Origin: Scyliorhinus canicula
Lineage: Eukaryota
Reading direction: 5' to 3'
Assembly (NCBI RefSeq): GCF_902713615.1
Contig: NC_052154.1
Location: 175,221,988 to 175,285,987 of the forward strand
DNA length: 64,000 nucleotides
Made by a program: the position numbers and the translations under genes. A model generated the notes under the pieces. That model did not search any database, was not told the DNA's origin, and saw only the letters and a list, made by a program, of their open reading frames with translations. Every line of letters begins with the position of its first letter. The stretch's first letter is position 1. Shown piece by piece: positions 11,101-21,929 of this stretch.

Positions 11101-11238
11101 GCACAGTAAGGGGGGGATGGGTGCGCAGTAAGGGGGGGAATGGGTGCGCAGTAAGGGGGGGGTGGGTGCGCAGTAAGGGGGGGGATGGGTGCGCAGTAAG
11201 GGGGGGGATGGGTGCGCAGTAAGGGGGGGTGGGTGCAC
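8171..11238. repeat. G-rich minisatellite, ~22-bp unit GGGTGCGCAGTAAG(G)nAT, roughly 130-140 copies
   Basis: Read directly. Copy number is estimated from length divided by unit size. Confidence 0.97.
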
Positions 11239-11257
11239 TTGAAGGAGTGTGAAGCGG

Positions 11258-11592
11258 GTCAGGGAAGGGAGAGAAAGGAGGTCAAGGAAGGGAGAGAGGG
11301 AAGGGGTTGAGGGAAGGAGAGAGGGAAGGGGTTGAGGGGAAGGGGGTGAGGGAAGGGAGAGAGGGAAGGGGTGAGGGGAGGGAGAGAGGGAAGGGGGGAG
11401 GGAAGGGGGTGAGGGGAGGGAGAGAGGGAAAGGGGTGAGGAGAGGGAAGGGGGTGAGGGGAGGGAGAGAGGGAAGGGGGTGAGGGGAGGGAAGGGGGTGA
11501 GGGGAGGGAGAGAGAGAAGGGGGTGAGGGGAGGGAGAGAGGAAAGGGGGTAGGGGAGAGGAGAGGGTGCAGAGAAAGAGAGTTAGGGGGGAA
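11258..11592. repeat. Polypurine (GA-rich) low-complexity tract
   Basis: Repeats of gggagagagggaagggggtgagggg. Confidence 0.9.
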
Positions 11593-12955
11593 GTCAGTTC
11601 TGGCAAAAAAATCTGCTAACCTCTACCAGGAAACATTATGTCCCCTTGTTTCCAATTCATTTATCATGTTCCAATTTTTCTGATAATTTCAAAATGGTTG
11701 GATTGCCCCATTTAATTTTAATTCACATGAGGAAGTAGCAGTGCTCCGAAAGCGAGTGATTTGAAACAAACCTGTTGGACTTTAACCTGCTGTTGTAAAA
11801 CTTCTTACTTTAATTTTCTACACGATGAATAATTTGTTTCTCAAGTCTTTGTCTTTATAACTATAGGCTCTCATTTCCAGCATAATTTTAGTAGTTCTAC
11901 TTCACATTCAATAGAATGGCCCACTGTGGAAATGAGGACTCAATCGATAGCCGCAATACTTATAGTGACATGCCCAAAATCACACTCAACACTCCAACTG
12001 CTGATGCATGTCATTACTTCCTTTCCCTTTGTTGTGAAGCTGCGTACATAAAATAAACCATCTAATTTATCTGATTTATAGCTTTCTTTATTTTCAATTC
12101 TGCTTTAAACCATCCATGTACCTTTATCTGTAGATCTATGTTCCTCCACTCCCTTTCCAATTTTAGTTGTGTGTGTTTTCACTTTTGATTTCCCCCATTA
12201 CGTCCTATTTTATATCTATCTCTCTGAACTTTATTTGGTGTAATAGTTAAGAAAACCAGCAGCATATTCCCCATATCCATCTCTTGTTTTCGTTCTTTCA
12301 TGTTTTTCAATTTGCCATATCTCAAATGTGGAACTATTTCAGATATCTTTCTGGCCTCTCATGAGCTAACTTCTTTTCAGCTTTATATGTGGCTTTATTG
12401 AACTGTAAGTATCCTGTTTTTGTTCCCGTTCCCGTTTTCTCTGTTACTTTACTTCAGATTTCTTCGAAACGGCTCTTCATTTCTCTAGTTTCCTTTACCA
12501 GCTGTTCTTTAAATTTTCGTCGCTGGTTTTCTTACACCATTACACCATAGTATGGCTTTTCTTCTGGAAAAGCTGAAAGAGATGTTCCCTCTCTAGCTTT
12601 CCATAACCAACTGCTATGAATACAGTTTGAAACATAATCCCACAAAGTCTGACTGTTCTAAAGGTGCCTCTGGTTGCTAAGCAACACCTTTTTATATCTC
12701 CCAGCTTGTTTCTTTTTCACGCCGTACCCCTCTCTAAGCACGATAGAAGCACAGCTTGAACTGACTAAACCCCCACACATACAAACACCTTTGTCAACCA
12801 TGAATCTTCTTACACAGAACCACTAAATCAAACCCACTTAAACCTATGTCTTATATCTAATATTTAATAATACAAATATGGTTCCCTTGAAACTACTTCT
12901 GTTTTTCTGACAAAATTATACCCTTCAATAATTTGTGGTGTGTTTGGACCTGCAG

Positions 12956-13036
12956 TTAGTAAAGAAAGAGAATGTGCGTGGTGTGATAACAATGAATGAA
13001 GAATATGAAACTAAATTCTTCGTAAACACAACTAAG
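12956..13036 (+). CDS. PTPMT1: PTPMT1 exon 2
   Basis: ctgcag|LVKKENVRGVITMNEEYETKFFVNTTK|gtgagt, 81 nt. Not in the supplied ORF track. Confidence 0.95.
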
Positions 13037-14067
13037 GTGAGTGGAGAATTGAAACCGAATAAACAATGAGATTTCCCAGGGGTTAATGTACCGTTCAGTG
13101 TGAAAGAAGGCAGCACACTGCTTTAGTGTAGTGCTGGAATGTTTAACAGCAAATAAAAAATACATCATAAACTGGAGCTCTGAGATAAGGCAGTATCATT
13201 GTACTTTGTGAAAAAAACATGATGTAATGTTTGTCTGTATTATCAAATGTCACCAGCCATTTTCATACTACACTTTATGCTGTGTCATTTCCATGCAGTA
13301 CTCTGAAATGTGACTGAACAATACCATGTATCAAATCAGAAAAATTGCATGGAAATTATTTTAGTAAGAATCTGTTCAAACTGCAGTTCTGCCCATTAAT
13401 GTGACTCGCAGACATGGGGCAGAATTTGTATTCCCTGCCAGTAGGTTTGGGCGGAGGGGGAGGTGTAAACTCTTCAGGTGGCATTTTGCCTGCTTGGTGT
13501 ATTGCTGTTCATTTCCCATATCCCTAATATACATTTGATATGTTCCCTTTCCCTCAGACTCCTAGCTGCCCCGACCCTCCGCAATGTTATGTGGGATGGG
13601 TGAGGCCTCGGCGACCCTCTACACCCCTGCCCCAATTGAGACTCTGAAGTGGCAAATTAATGACCATTTAAAGGGTACTGCCCACCCAGACTCCATTATC
13701 AGGCTGGTGGGAGAAGTTCATGGGCAGGGGGGGAAGCTGGAATGTGACCCTGCTCAGTCCTCGGGCAGGAAGGGGATTTGGTGGCCACCTGAGGTCTGGC
13801 CCCTGTAGCTTCTTCCTCACCTCCTCTTCCCACCCCCTTCCTGTCATGAGATTCCTGTGCTTACCTTCCTCACCTTGCATTACTGGGACTTGCACTCTCG
13901 GGACTGCTTGCAGTCACAGTCTTGTCGAGTGCAGTCTCTGGCTCTGCTGGGGAATAGACTGGCAGCTCTCTGACACGGGACTTCTTCCCGACTGAGGTGG
14001 AAATCTTCCCTCAGCCAATTAGCACTCCATAATTGTTTGCATTCCCAATTTTCTCCCCTGAATGTAC

Positions 14068-14835
14068 TAGAACAAAAACATTAGGAGAAGTAGGCAATTC
14101 AGTCCTTTGAGCCTCCTCTGCCATTCAATCAGATCATGGATGATCTCTTCCTGGTCTCAAATCTAGCAGCTCTCTACCTGCTCCCCATATCCTGTTTTTT
14201 TAAAATCAGAAATATATCTATCTCCTTCTTGAAGCCATTTAATGACTCAGATTCCACTGCACTATGAGGCAGCGAGTTCCACAAATGCACCACCCTCTGC
14301 AAGAAGTAGTTCCTCCTCGTCTCAGTTCTAAATCTACCACCTCTCAACTAAGATCCATGACCTCTCGTTCTAGATTGCCCCATAGGGGGAACATTTGATC
14401 TATGTTTACTTTATCAATCCCTTTTAGTATTTTATATACCTCGATCAGATCCCCTCTCATCCTTCTAAACTCTAGTGAGTATAAACCCAAGCTGTTTAAT
14501 CTCTCCTCAAATGTCAACCCTTTCATCCTCGGAATCAATCTGGTGAACCTCCTCTGAACTGCCTCCAATGCCACCACAAATAGCACAGGGCTTTGAAAGT
14601 AGACCAAGGCAGGCCAGCAGCACGGTTCAATTCCCATACCAGCCTCCCCGAACAGGAATGTGGCGACTAGGGGCTTTTCACAGTAACTTCATTTGAAGCC
14701 CACTTGTGACAATAAGCGATTTTCATTTCATTTCAAATAAGGAGACCAAAACTGGACACAATGCTCCAGATGTGGTCTCACCAACTCCCCAAACAATTGC
14801 AATAACACTTCTCTACTTTTATACTCCACTCTCTT
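14068..14835 (-). mobile_element. CR1 LINE 3' fragment, interrupted by a (CATTT)n-tailed SINE at ~14580-14735
   Basis: ORF 14344..14637: LEAVQRRFTRLIP..GLYSLEFRRMRGDLIEVYKILKG. Confidence 0.85.
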
Positions 14836-15754
14836 GATGGGTTAAAGTTCCATTCTGGCCTCCAGTATTTTGTCCCAGTGATTTTAGATCATGTATATTG
14901 AAGGATGGATATCACACACAAGCCCAATCCTCTCTTTATTGGACATCGATACAATCACACTTTCTAGCATGTGCCACTGTACAGCAATCGACAAGCTGAT
15001 TCGCTTTCCTCCTTTGGTTTGAGTGCAATGTACTAATGGTATTGTACTACCTTTGAATTCCCTTAGCATCCATTTCATTGCTTTTTGTGACCTGCAAGCG
15101 GACTAAAATGAAACCAAAATACAAAATATACTTGATAAATGCAGAACCAGAGGTAACATGGGATTTGTGTTACTACTGACCTTGGTTGCAGAAACAGGAC
15201 CATCTTTCAGAGAAGGAACTCGTAGTATTGGATGAAAATGTGGTCCAGTTGGAAATTCCCACTTGCATACAGGAACACAAATTGCGCCCTTTTGAAGATT
15301 TTGTATTCATGTGAACACCTTTATCCATTTATTCTGTCAAAGGTATCTATATTGATATTCAAGAGAAAGGGCAGTACAACTGTAGAGTGCTACTATTCAG
15401 TGTCAGTTCTGAGTTTTCTTTTTCTTGGTATTATCATCATTAAATGCACTGAATTTCTGCCACTATCATTTAAGGCAAACAGACTTGGAGAACATCAAAT
15501 GAATTATTCCACACATGCTGCAAAAGAGCTGAAGTGTGCTGTAATGTACATGGAATGGTTTGAATGAACACACCAGTTTTCTTTTTAATATGTAGGGAGT
15601 TGACCTATTCTGAGCATTGTCATTCAGATTTTCCGAGCTAAGATCAGGCTTGCCTTAGTGCTCCTGCTGCTTGGCTTTGTCGTGTGACCAGAAGTGCGAT
15701 TGATTCTTTCCTGCAATGATATACAGGACTCAAAAATATTATTGAGAAATACTA

Positions 15755-15932
15755 CTACTAATAATAATAATCGCTTATTGATAGAAGTAAGCTTCAATGA
15801 AGTTACTGTGAAAAGCCCCTAGTTGCCACAATCCGGCGCCTGTTTGGGAGGCCGGTACGGGAATTGAACCCGCGCTGGCATTTTTCTGCATTACAAGCCA
15901 GCTGTTTAGCCCACTGGGCTAATCCAGCCCCA
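15755..15932 (-). mobile_element. tRNA-derived SINE (second family)
   Basis: Reverse complement of ggggctggattagcccagtgggctaaacagctggcttgtaatgcag..ggttcaattcccgtaccggcctccc..ggggcttttcacagtaacttcattgaagc. Confidence 0.75.
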
Positions 15933-16008
15933 GGGAAATACTATATTGTTTGAGATGTTACAAGCTGCATGCTTTCAAGTGAAATCCCTAATTGAGGTTG
16001 TGTTTCAG

Positions 16009-16200
16009 GAATGGGAGTTACTTGGCGTGGAGCAGCTGCGTCTCAGCACAGTTGATATACTTGGAGTACCAAAGTTAGAAGACCTGAAAAAGGGCGTTGA
16101 TTTTGTTACCAAACATCGTAAAAACGGAAACAGTGTCTATGTGCACTGTAAGGCTGGACGATCACGCAGTGCTACCATGGTGGCAGCATATTTAATTCAT
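16009..16200 (+). CDS. PTPMT1: PTPMT1 exon 3 (catalytic P-loop)
   Basis: tttcag|EWELLGVEQLRLSTVD..VYVHCKAGRSRSATMVAAYLIH|gtatgt. CX5R motif intact, 192 nt. Confidence 0.97.
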
Positions 16201-16680
16201 GTATGTTGACTGGTGCTAAAGCTTTAAGTAACAAATAGAAGTAGCATATTTATAAAGAAGTACTACCATGAGGTAAATTTTGAAGTAGGTATTTTATGAA
16301 AATTTAGAAACCTCAAATTACAAAATTGCAGTTGGAATGCTAAGTAATATACCTGTGATTGTAAATGTTCTTTGAATATCAGTACAATTTTAAAAGTGAA
16401 AGCAAGTGAGACTGAATGTTAATTCTGGGTATTTGCCATCTAAATCTTCATTACAAAGGCAAGATCAAGTGCAGAAATATATCTTCACTTCAAGCACCCT
16501 TGCTTTCAGCCCATGGCAGGAGCAACAGGTTGTGGAAATGAAGGGTAGTTTTGCAAATGCAACAATGGTAGTGACCCCAGTCTTGGTTCAGGAACTACTG
16601 GGTAAGATTTATTTTCAGTGTTTTTTAGGGCAGTGTTGTTTTGTACTAAGAACAAAATACTCTAGCTGCTGGAAATCTGA

Positions 16681-17323
16681 AATTGTAAACTTTGGCACCA
16701 TAACTTACGTGACACCCAGGCTGCTGTCGACCTCTATGACTATAACAAAACTACATGTTGAAGGGGCTGATTGTTTTCATATCACCCCTAAAAGATTGAA
16801 ATGCAAAGTTTCTGTTCTTTTTCAGCATGGTGGTTAGCACAATTGCTTCACAGCTCCAGGGTTCCAGGTTCGATTCCCGGCTTGGTTCACTGTCTATGCG
16901 GAGTCTGCACGTTCTCCCCGTGTATGCGTGGGTTTCCTCCGGGTGCTCCGGTTTCCTCCCACAGTCCAAAGATGTGCAGGTTAGGTGGATTGGCCATGAT
17001 AAATTGCCCTTAGTGTTCAAAATTGCCCTTAGTGTTGGGTGGGGTTACTGGGTTATAGGAATAGGGGGGAGATGTGGGCTTGGGTAGGATGCTCTTTCAA
17101 AGAGCCGGTGCAGACTCGATGGGCCAAATGGCCTCCTTCTGCACTGTAAATTCTATGATTCACTGTCATCATGAAGTGATCAAGATTCTTTAAATTACTA
17201 TTTTCCCACTATTCTGCATAACAATATTACCTGTTATCTGCCGTTCAATTTGATGTCCTTTTATTTAATGTCAAATTTGCCTGAAGTTCATCCTATTTAT
17301 CAAATTATCCTTTCCTTTTAAAA
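16681..17323 (+). repeat. Copy A of a ~310-bp dispersed duplication (split by a SINE at 16823-17161)
   Basis: Reverse complement matches 41250-41565 once the SINE is removed. Confidence 0.9.
16823..17161 (+). mobile_element. HE1-type SINE
   Basis: A/B boxes, central core, CR1-like tail ttctgcactgtaaattctatgattc. Confidence 0.85.
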
Positions 17324-17424
17324 ATGTGTTAAAGTCTCTTCCTCCCGGCCTTACCTGCTGTGCCTTTCTGTTTTTAACTCTGTTTCTCGTATATTGAAAA
17401 AAGAGATTGGTAAGAATTATTAGC

Positions 17425-17720
17425 ATAGAGTCATAGAATTCCTACAGTGCAGAAGGGGGCCATTCGGCAAATCTAGTCTGCACCGACCCTCCGCACCTGA
17501 CCAAGGCCCCTCCTTATCTCCATAACCCCACCTAACCTTTTTGGACACCAAGCGGCAGTTTAGCTTGGCCAATCCACCTATCCGACACATCTTTAGACTG
17601 GGTGGAAACCAAGCACCCGGCGGAAACCCACGCAGACACGGGGAGAACATGCAAACTCCACATCGACAGTCACCCGAGTCCGGAAGTGAACCCGGGTCCC
17701 TGGTGCTGTGATGCCGCCCT
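17425..17720 (-). mobile_element. HE1-type SINE
   Basis: Inverse copy of the same core and tail. Confidence 0.8.
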
Positions 17721-18914
17721 AATTTTAAACCAGTGTCCCCTAATTCTGGATTCACCCACAAGTGGAAATTATAATTTGTACACTTTGAAACTCTTAATAT
17801 TGAGAACTTTCATTACCCAATTTGGATTTAGACAAGTTTGGATTAGGGTAGACGGTGTAATTTGTGTATCTACAAAGGTGATCAATTTAGTTGTCCCTCC
17901 TCAAGCTTTCTGAACATTGGTGTAGCCCAAAACAGCACATTCACACCTATGAGAAAATACTGTTTTAGAGTTTTATCTTTAAGTATTCCTTTTAAAGTTG
18001 GGATATTAAAGCACAATAATATGTACTTTTAACTACATTACATTAGATGTTTGATTTGATTGGGCTAATGGTCAATCAAAAAAAAAACATTCATGGATTC
18101 ACATTTTGCCCTCACTCCTCCACTCCCTTTTTATTTTGTCTTTTTTTTGTTGTTTTATACTTCCACTCCTTCTTTCATCTGTCTATCAACCCTCCTGCCC
18201 CAACAACCTGCTTGACCTGAATTTGGTCCTGACTCCCCCGTGTGCAGCACCTCTGATGATTGACTTAATTATAACAAAAGTTTACTTTTTAATTGTTAAA
18301 TGTTCCTCATTAACAAAACCAGCCCTTCATTGTTTTCTTCCTGAGAATGTTACAACCAGAAATATATGTCCTGCCTGTAACCAAATTTCCCGTAAAGATA
18401 TAACTGAGTGGTCATTTTAATGAGCACTTCTACTTCACTTTATTTCTAGTGATTTGTGTATTGTATATTCCACATAGACTTTACCATCTATTTTCAATTT
18501 CCTTTGCTTTCTTTATTAACCCCACATTTGCACTGAGGTATGTCTCTTGAACTCACTATTCTTAAAACTGTTTTAACCTTTCAAATTATGTTTATATAGT
18601 CCCTCACCCACATTCCCTCAGGTAACTTTATCTACTGTATCTCCAGCTGAACATATAACCTCACCCACTTTATCTGGACAGTAGCTGCTGGCCCAATGTT
18701 CCTTCACTTTGAAACTATATGTTATAATATAATTTTAACATTACGCTCTCCTGCCTACTCTTCCCTCGAACATAATCCAGTGTATTGAATGCTTTCAGTT
18801 CTTTCCTTAACAATATTATATGACTGATGATTTTGCAGTAAGTTTATGTTCCATCTTCGATGTTTGTAATATTTTATGTTCTAATTCACTATCTTCGTAG
18901 TGATGTGATTACGT

Positions 18915-19288
18915 ACAAACAAAATAGGAGCAGAAGTAGACTATTCAGCCCTTCGAGCCTGCTCCATCATTCAATAAGGTCATGGCTGATCTGTTTGTGT
19001 TTTGAATTCCACATTCGTATCTCGCCCCAATAACTTTTGATTCCCTTGCCTAACAAGAATCTCTACCTCCGCCCTAAAATTATTCAAAGTCGCACAAACA
19101 TCCGAGAGAAAAAAATCCCCTCATCTCTGTCCTGCAATACCGTTCAGGATATAATATACTTCAATCAAGTCACCTTCTAAAGTCACCTCTTCTAAACAGC
19201 AGTGGAAACAAGCCCAGCCTGACCAACCTTTCCTCATTAGGCAACCCGTTCATTCCAGGTATCAATCTAGTAAACTGCCTCCAACGCT
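18915..19288 (-). mobile_element. CR1 3' fragment
   Basis: ataggagcagaagtagactattcagcccttcgagcctgctcc is the reverse complement of the CR1 3' UTR. Confidence 0.7.
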
Positions 19289-19382
19289 TTGATTGAATCA
19301 ACTAATCTTGTCCTAAATGAAACATACAAGTACTTGGCAAACATTCCTTTTTAACTATTTATTCCTAAATCCTTTCCTTCAG

Positions 19383-19550
19383 CTGCATCACTGGAGTCCA
19401 AAGTCGGCATGTGATTATATTGCTTCAATCAGACCTCACATTCTTATTCGCAGCGGCCAATTTAAAATCCTGAAGAGCTATTACAGTGTACTGTTCTCAG
19501 AGGATCCAGACATTTTGGAAATAAAAGACGCTCCAGCTTTCAAGTCGTAA
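19383..19550 (+). CDS. PTPMT1: PTPMT1 exon 4 (last coding exon)
   Basis: ccttcag|LHHWSPKSACDYIASIRPHILIRSGQFKILK..FKS*. Joined CDS is 195 aa. AATAAA at 19831-19836. Confidence 0.93.
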   Translation: MHHWSPKSACDYIASIRPHILIRSGQFKILKSYYSVLFSEDPDILEIKDAPAFKS

Positions 19551-21006
19551 AGCACAACGTTTGTGGACATATAAATGCTTAAACCTTTAAGTGATTGAAA
19601 TGGTTTAGAATCGAAAGCGGTAACTGGACAGAATGTGATTGCGACATCTACTTTGTGATCAGCAGCTTTCAGAGTCACCAGTTGATATGTTTGTTTCTGT
19701 TTGTGTGGATTTGAAGACAGTGTGGTACAGTTGCACTGATGTTACTGTCAGTCCATTTTGAACTTTTGTTGAGATGTTTGGTATTTAGAGACAATGTAAA
19801 AGCAACTTACTGTCCAGGGAGCAGTTACTTAATAAAAAAAATTCACAGATACTCGGAAATTGATAAAGCCCTTTAATAATTTCAGTGAAATTTAACATAA
19901 CATCAGTTTGCTAAATTAGTACAGTAAACGCTGTATTGCAGCGTTTCCGAGGAGTTACTGTGGGTCAGTAAAAGGATATTTCACTTTTTCAGACAGTTGT
20001 TCAATGAAAACATTTTGGCTTCTGTTACCGGGATAAAACAGTAAAAGGACAGTATTTTTGTTATTTAGTGTTGTAAGCATTAGCTGAACGGGGTTGATTC
20101 CAGAATCCCATGCTCCCAACAAGGAGCTCTTTTTTTCTTATAGAGAGCTTTGACCTGTTCCCTGCTGAGGGGGTTGCAGGACTACTCCTAAGACACACCC
20201 ATGATAAATTGGGTTATGATACGTAATGTATAAAATGTATTTCACTGTTGGAATGCAATTAAACAATTTTACACGTGTAGATTATATCATTGAATTTAGC
20301 AAAATTAACTATTTCCTGTTTGTAGATTTAGGCAACACCAATTTTGATTTTTCTTTTTGCTAACTGGTATTGTGCACATCATTGTAGACATTTGGGAGAG
20401 TGGTTTGTGATATTCAATAATTTGTACATGGCATTAAGTGACTCCGTTAAACAATTTACCATGAAGGAGAAATTATCCTGCAAGTTAGTGAATGTTCAGA
20501 CGGAACAAATCTTTAACTGACCTTCTCAGACTAGCCAAATAATCAGTTGGAAAACTTCAGATACTTCAATCAGTGGCCATTTAATTTCAATACTAAATTT
20601 AAGCATCCAACTAACATTAGGGTTAGGGTGCACCCAAACCAAACAATTAACAAATAAAAGTGAAATACTGCACATGCTGGAAATCTGAAATACGAACAGG
20701 AAACACTGGTAAATCTCAGCAGGTCTGGCAGCCCCGGTGGAGAGGGAAACCGAGTTAAGGTCTTCATGACTTTCTCGAGCCATACGAACCTGAAGTTGCA
20801 CATTCGGTACTTTTTACCTAACGGATACTTTACATACTAAATAATCCGGTTTGCAGAGCAATAACAAGGGGAGAATTTTCTTTGAGCAGACAATTGTTAC
20901 AGTTTGGAATTAAAGCAAAACTAGACCCAGATAGGGACAGAAGAAGACAGTGGGAATAACTTTGGATTGTTTCAGCAGTGGTTTCCATCTGTACTGTAAA
21001 CTTGTA

Positions 21007-21222
21007 TAGGTTGAGCATCCCTTATCTGAAAAATGCCGAAATCCGCACATTTTTCCGAGTGCCGACGTGACACGTCCCCGGACGATACGCAGTTCCCAAC
21101 GCGCGATGCACGTGCGCAGTTCCCAGCGCACCACAGATCCACATTATATTCCAAAATCCAAAAAATTCAAAATCCGATACACACTCGGTCCCTAGCATTT
21201 TGGACAACGGATGCTCAACCTG
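21007..21222. mobile_element. Tigger/pogo-family MITE (Tigger4/MER46-like)
   Basis: TIRs (T/C)AGGTTGAGCATCC ... GGATGCTCAACCTG flanked by TA on both sides. Confidence 0.8.
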
Positions 21223-21929
21223 TATAGTTCCATGTTAATGAAAACTTAATGGGAACAGTAAAATGAACTATTCCACAATTAAAAATAAAAACTGATGACT
21301 ATGGGAAAATAATTAATTATTTAGTTTTGGTGGAATTAGTTGTGGAATAAATGTGAATCAGGAAAAGAATTTGACAGGGGAAAGATTGTTTCCATGTGAC
21401 CTATAGAAGAGAGGCCTGGTTAAATCAGTTGTCTACATGACTAGAGTGTAGTTCAGAATAAGAGCGAGAGTGAGTTTCATTTCTGCTCTGGCTGAGGTAT
21501 ATTTGGAACCTGTCTCTGCCCTGACCCTGGAAAGCAATGACAGATCATCACTGACATATGCTGCCTAGAAAACGGCTCAGGATGAAGTACCAGCAGACAA
21601 TGAGCCAATGACCTGACATTGGGCAGAGTATGCAAGAATGTAAAAGAGAATGGCCTGTAATGTCCTGCAGGATTCACACTAGTGCACCGCACATGCACGT
21701 TGTGATGACCTGGAAGTGCGGGCACTCAGGCATGCATGCTGGAAGTGCATGGCGTTAAAACTCTCAGCTGTTTTGACAGCTTGAAGCACTGCGCTGGAGC
21801 AGCTGAATGAAACATCCAGCTGCAGCACTAACTTGGGCCACTTACCCGGATTTTTTACATCTTTTTATTTACACTGAAATTTGTCGGTCTGCATCGACCC
21901 TCTGAAAGAATACCCTACTTGGGTCTACT

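Noticed and set aside
8097-11238. 720-995 aa Pro-rich minus-strand ORFs (extensin-like) and Gly-rich plus-strand ORFs
   Set aside because: All three minus frames are open simply because the C-rich repeat lacks stops. They lie in a PTPMT1 intron and the frames shuffle with G-run length.
8171-11238. CRISPR-like or telomeric array
   Set aside because: There are no unique spacers, the context is eukaryotic, and the unit is not TTAGGG.
12240-12900. Possible solo LTR or other repeat (also ~13420-14050, ~21400-21850 and ~24840-25420)
   Set aside because: Repeat-like in composition, but I could not define termini, TSDs or a family.
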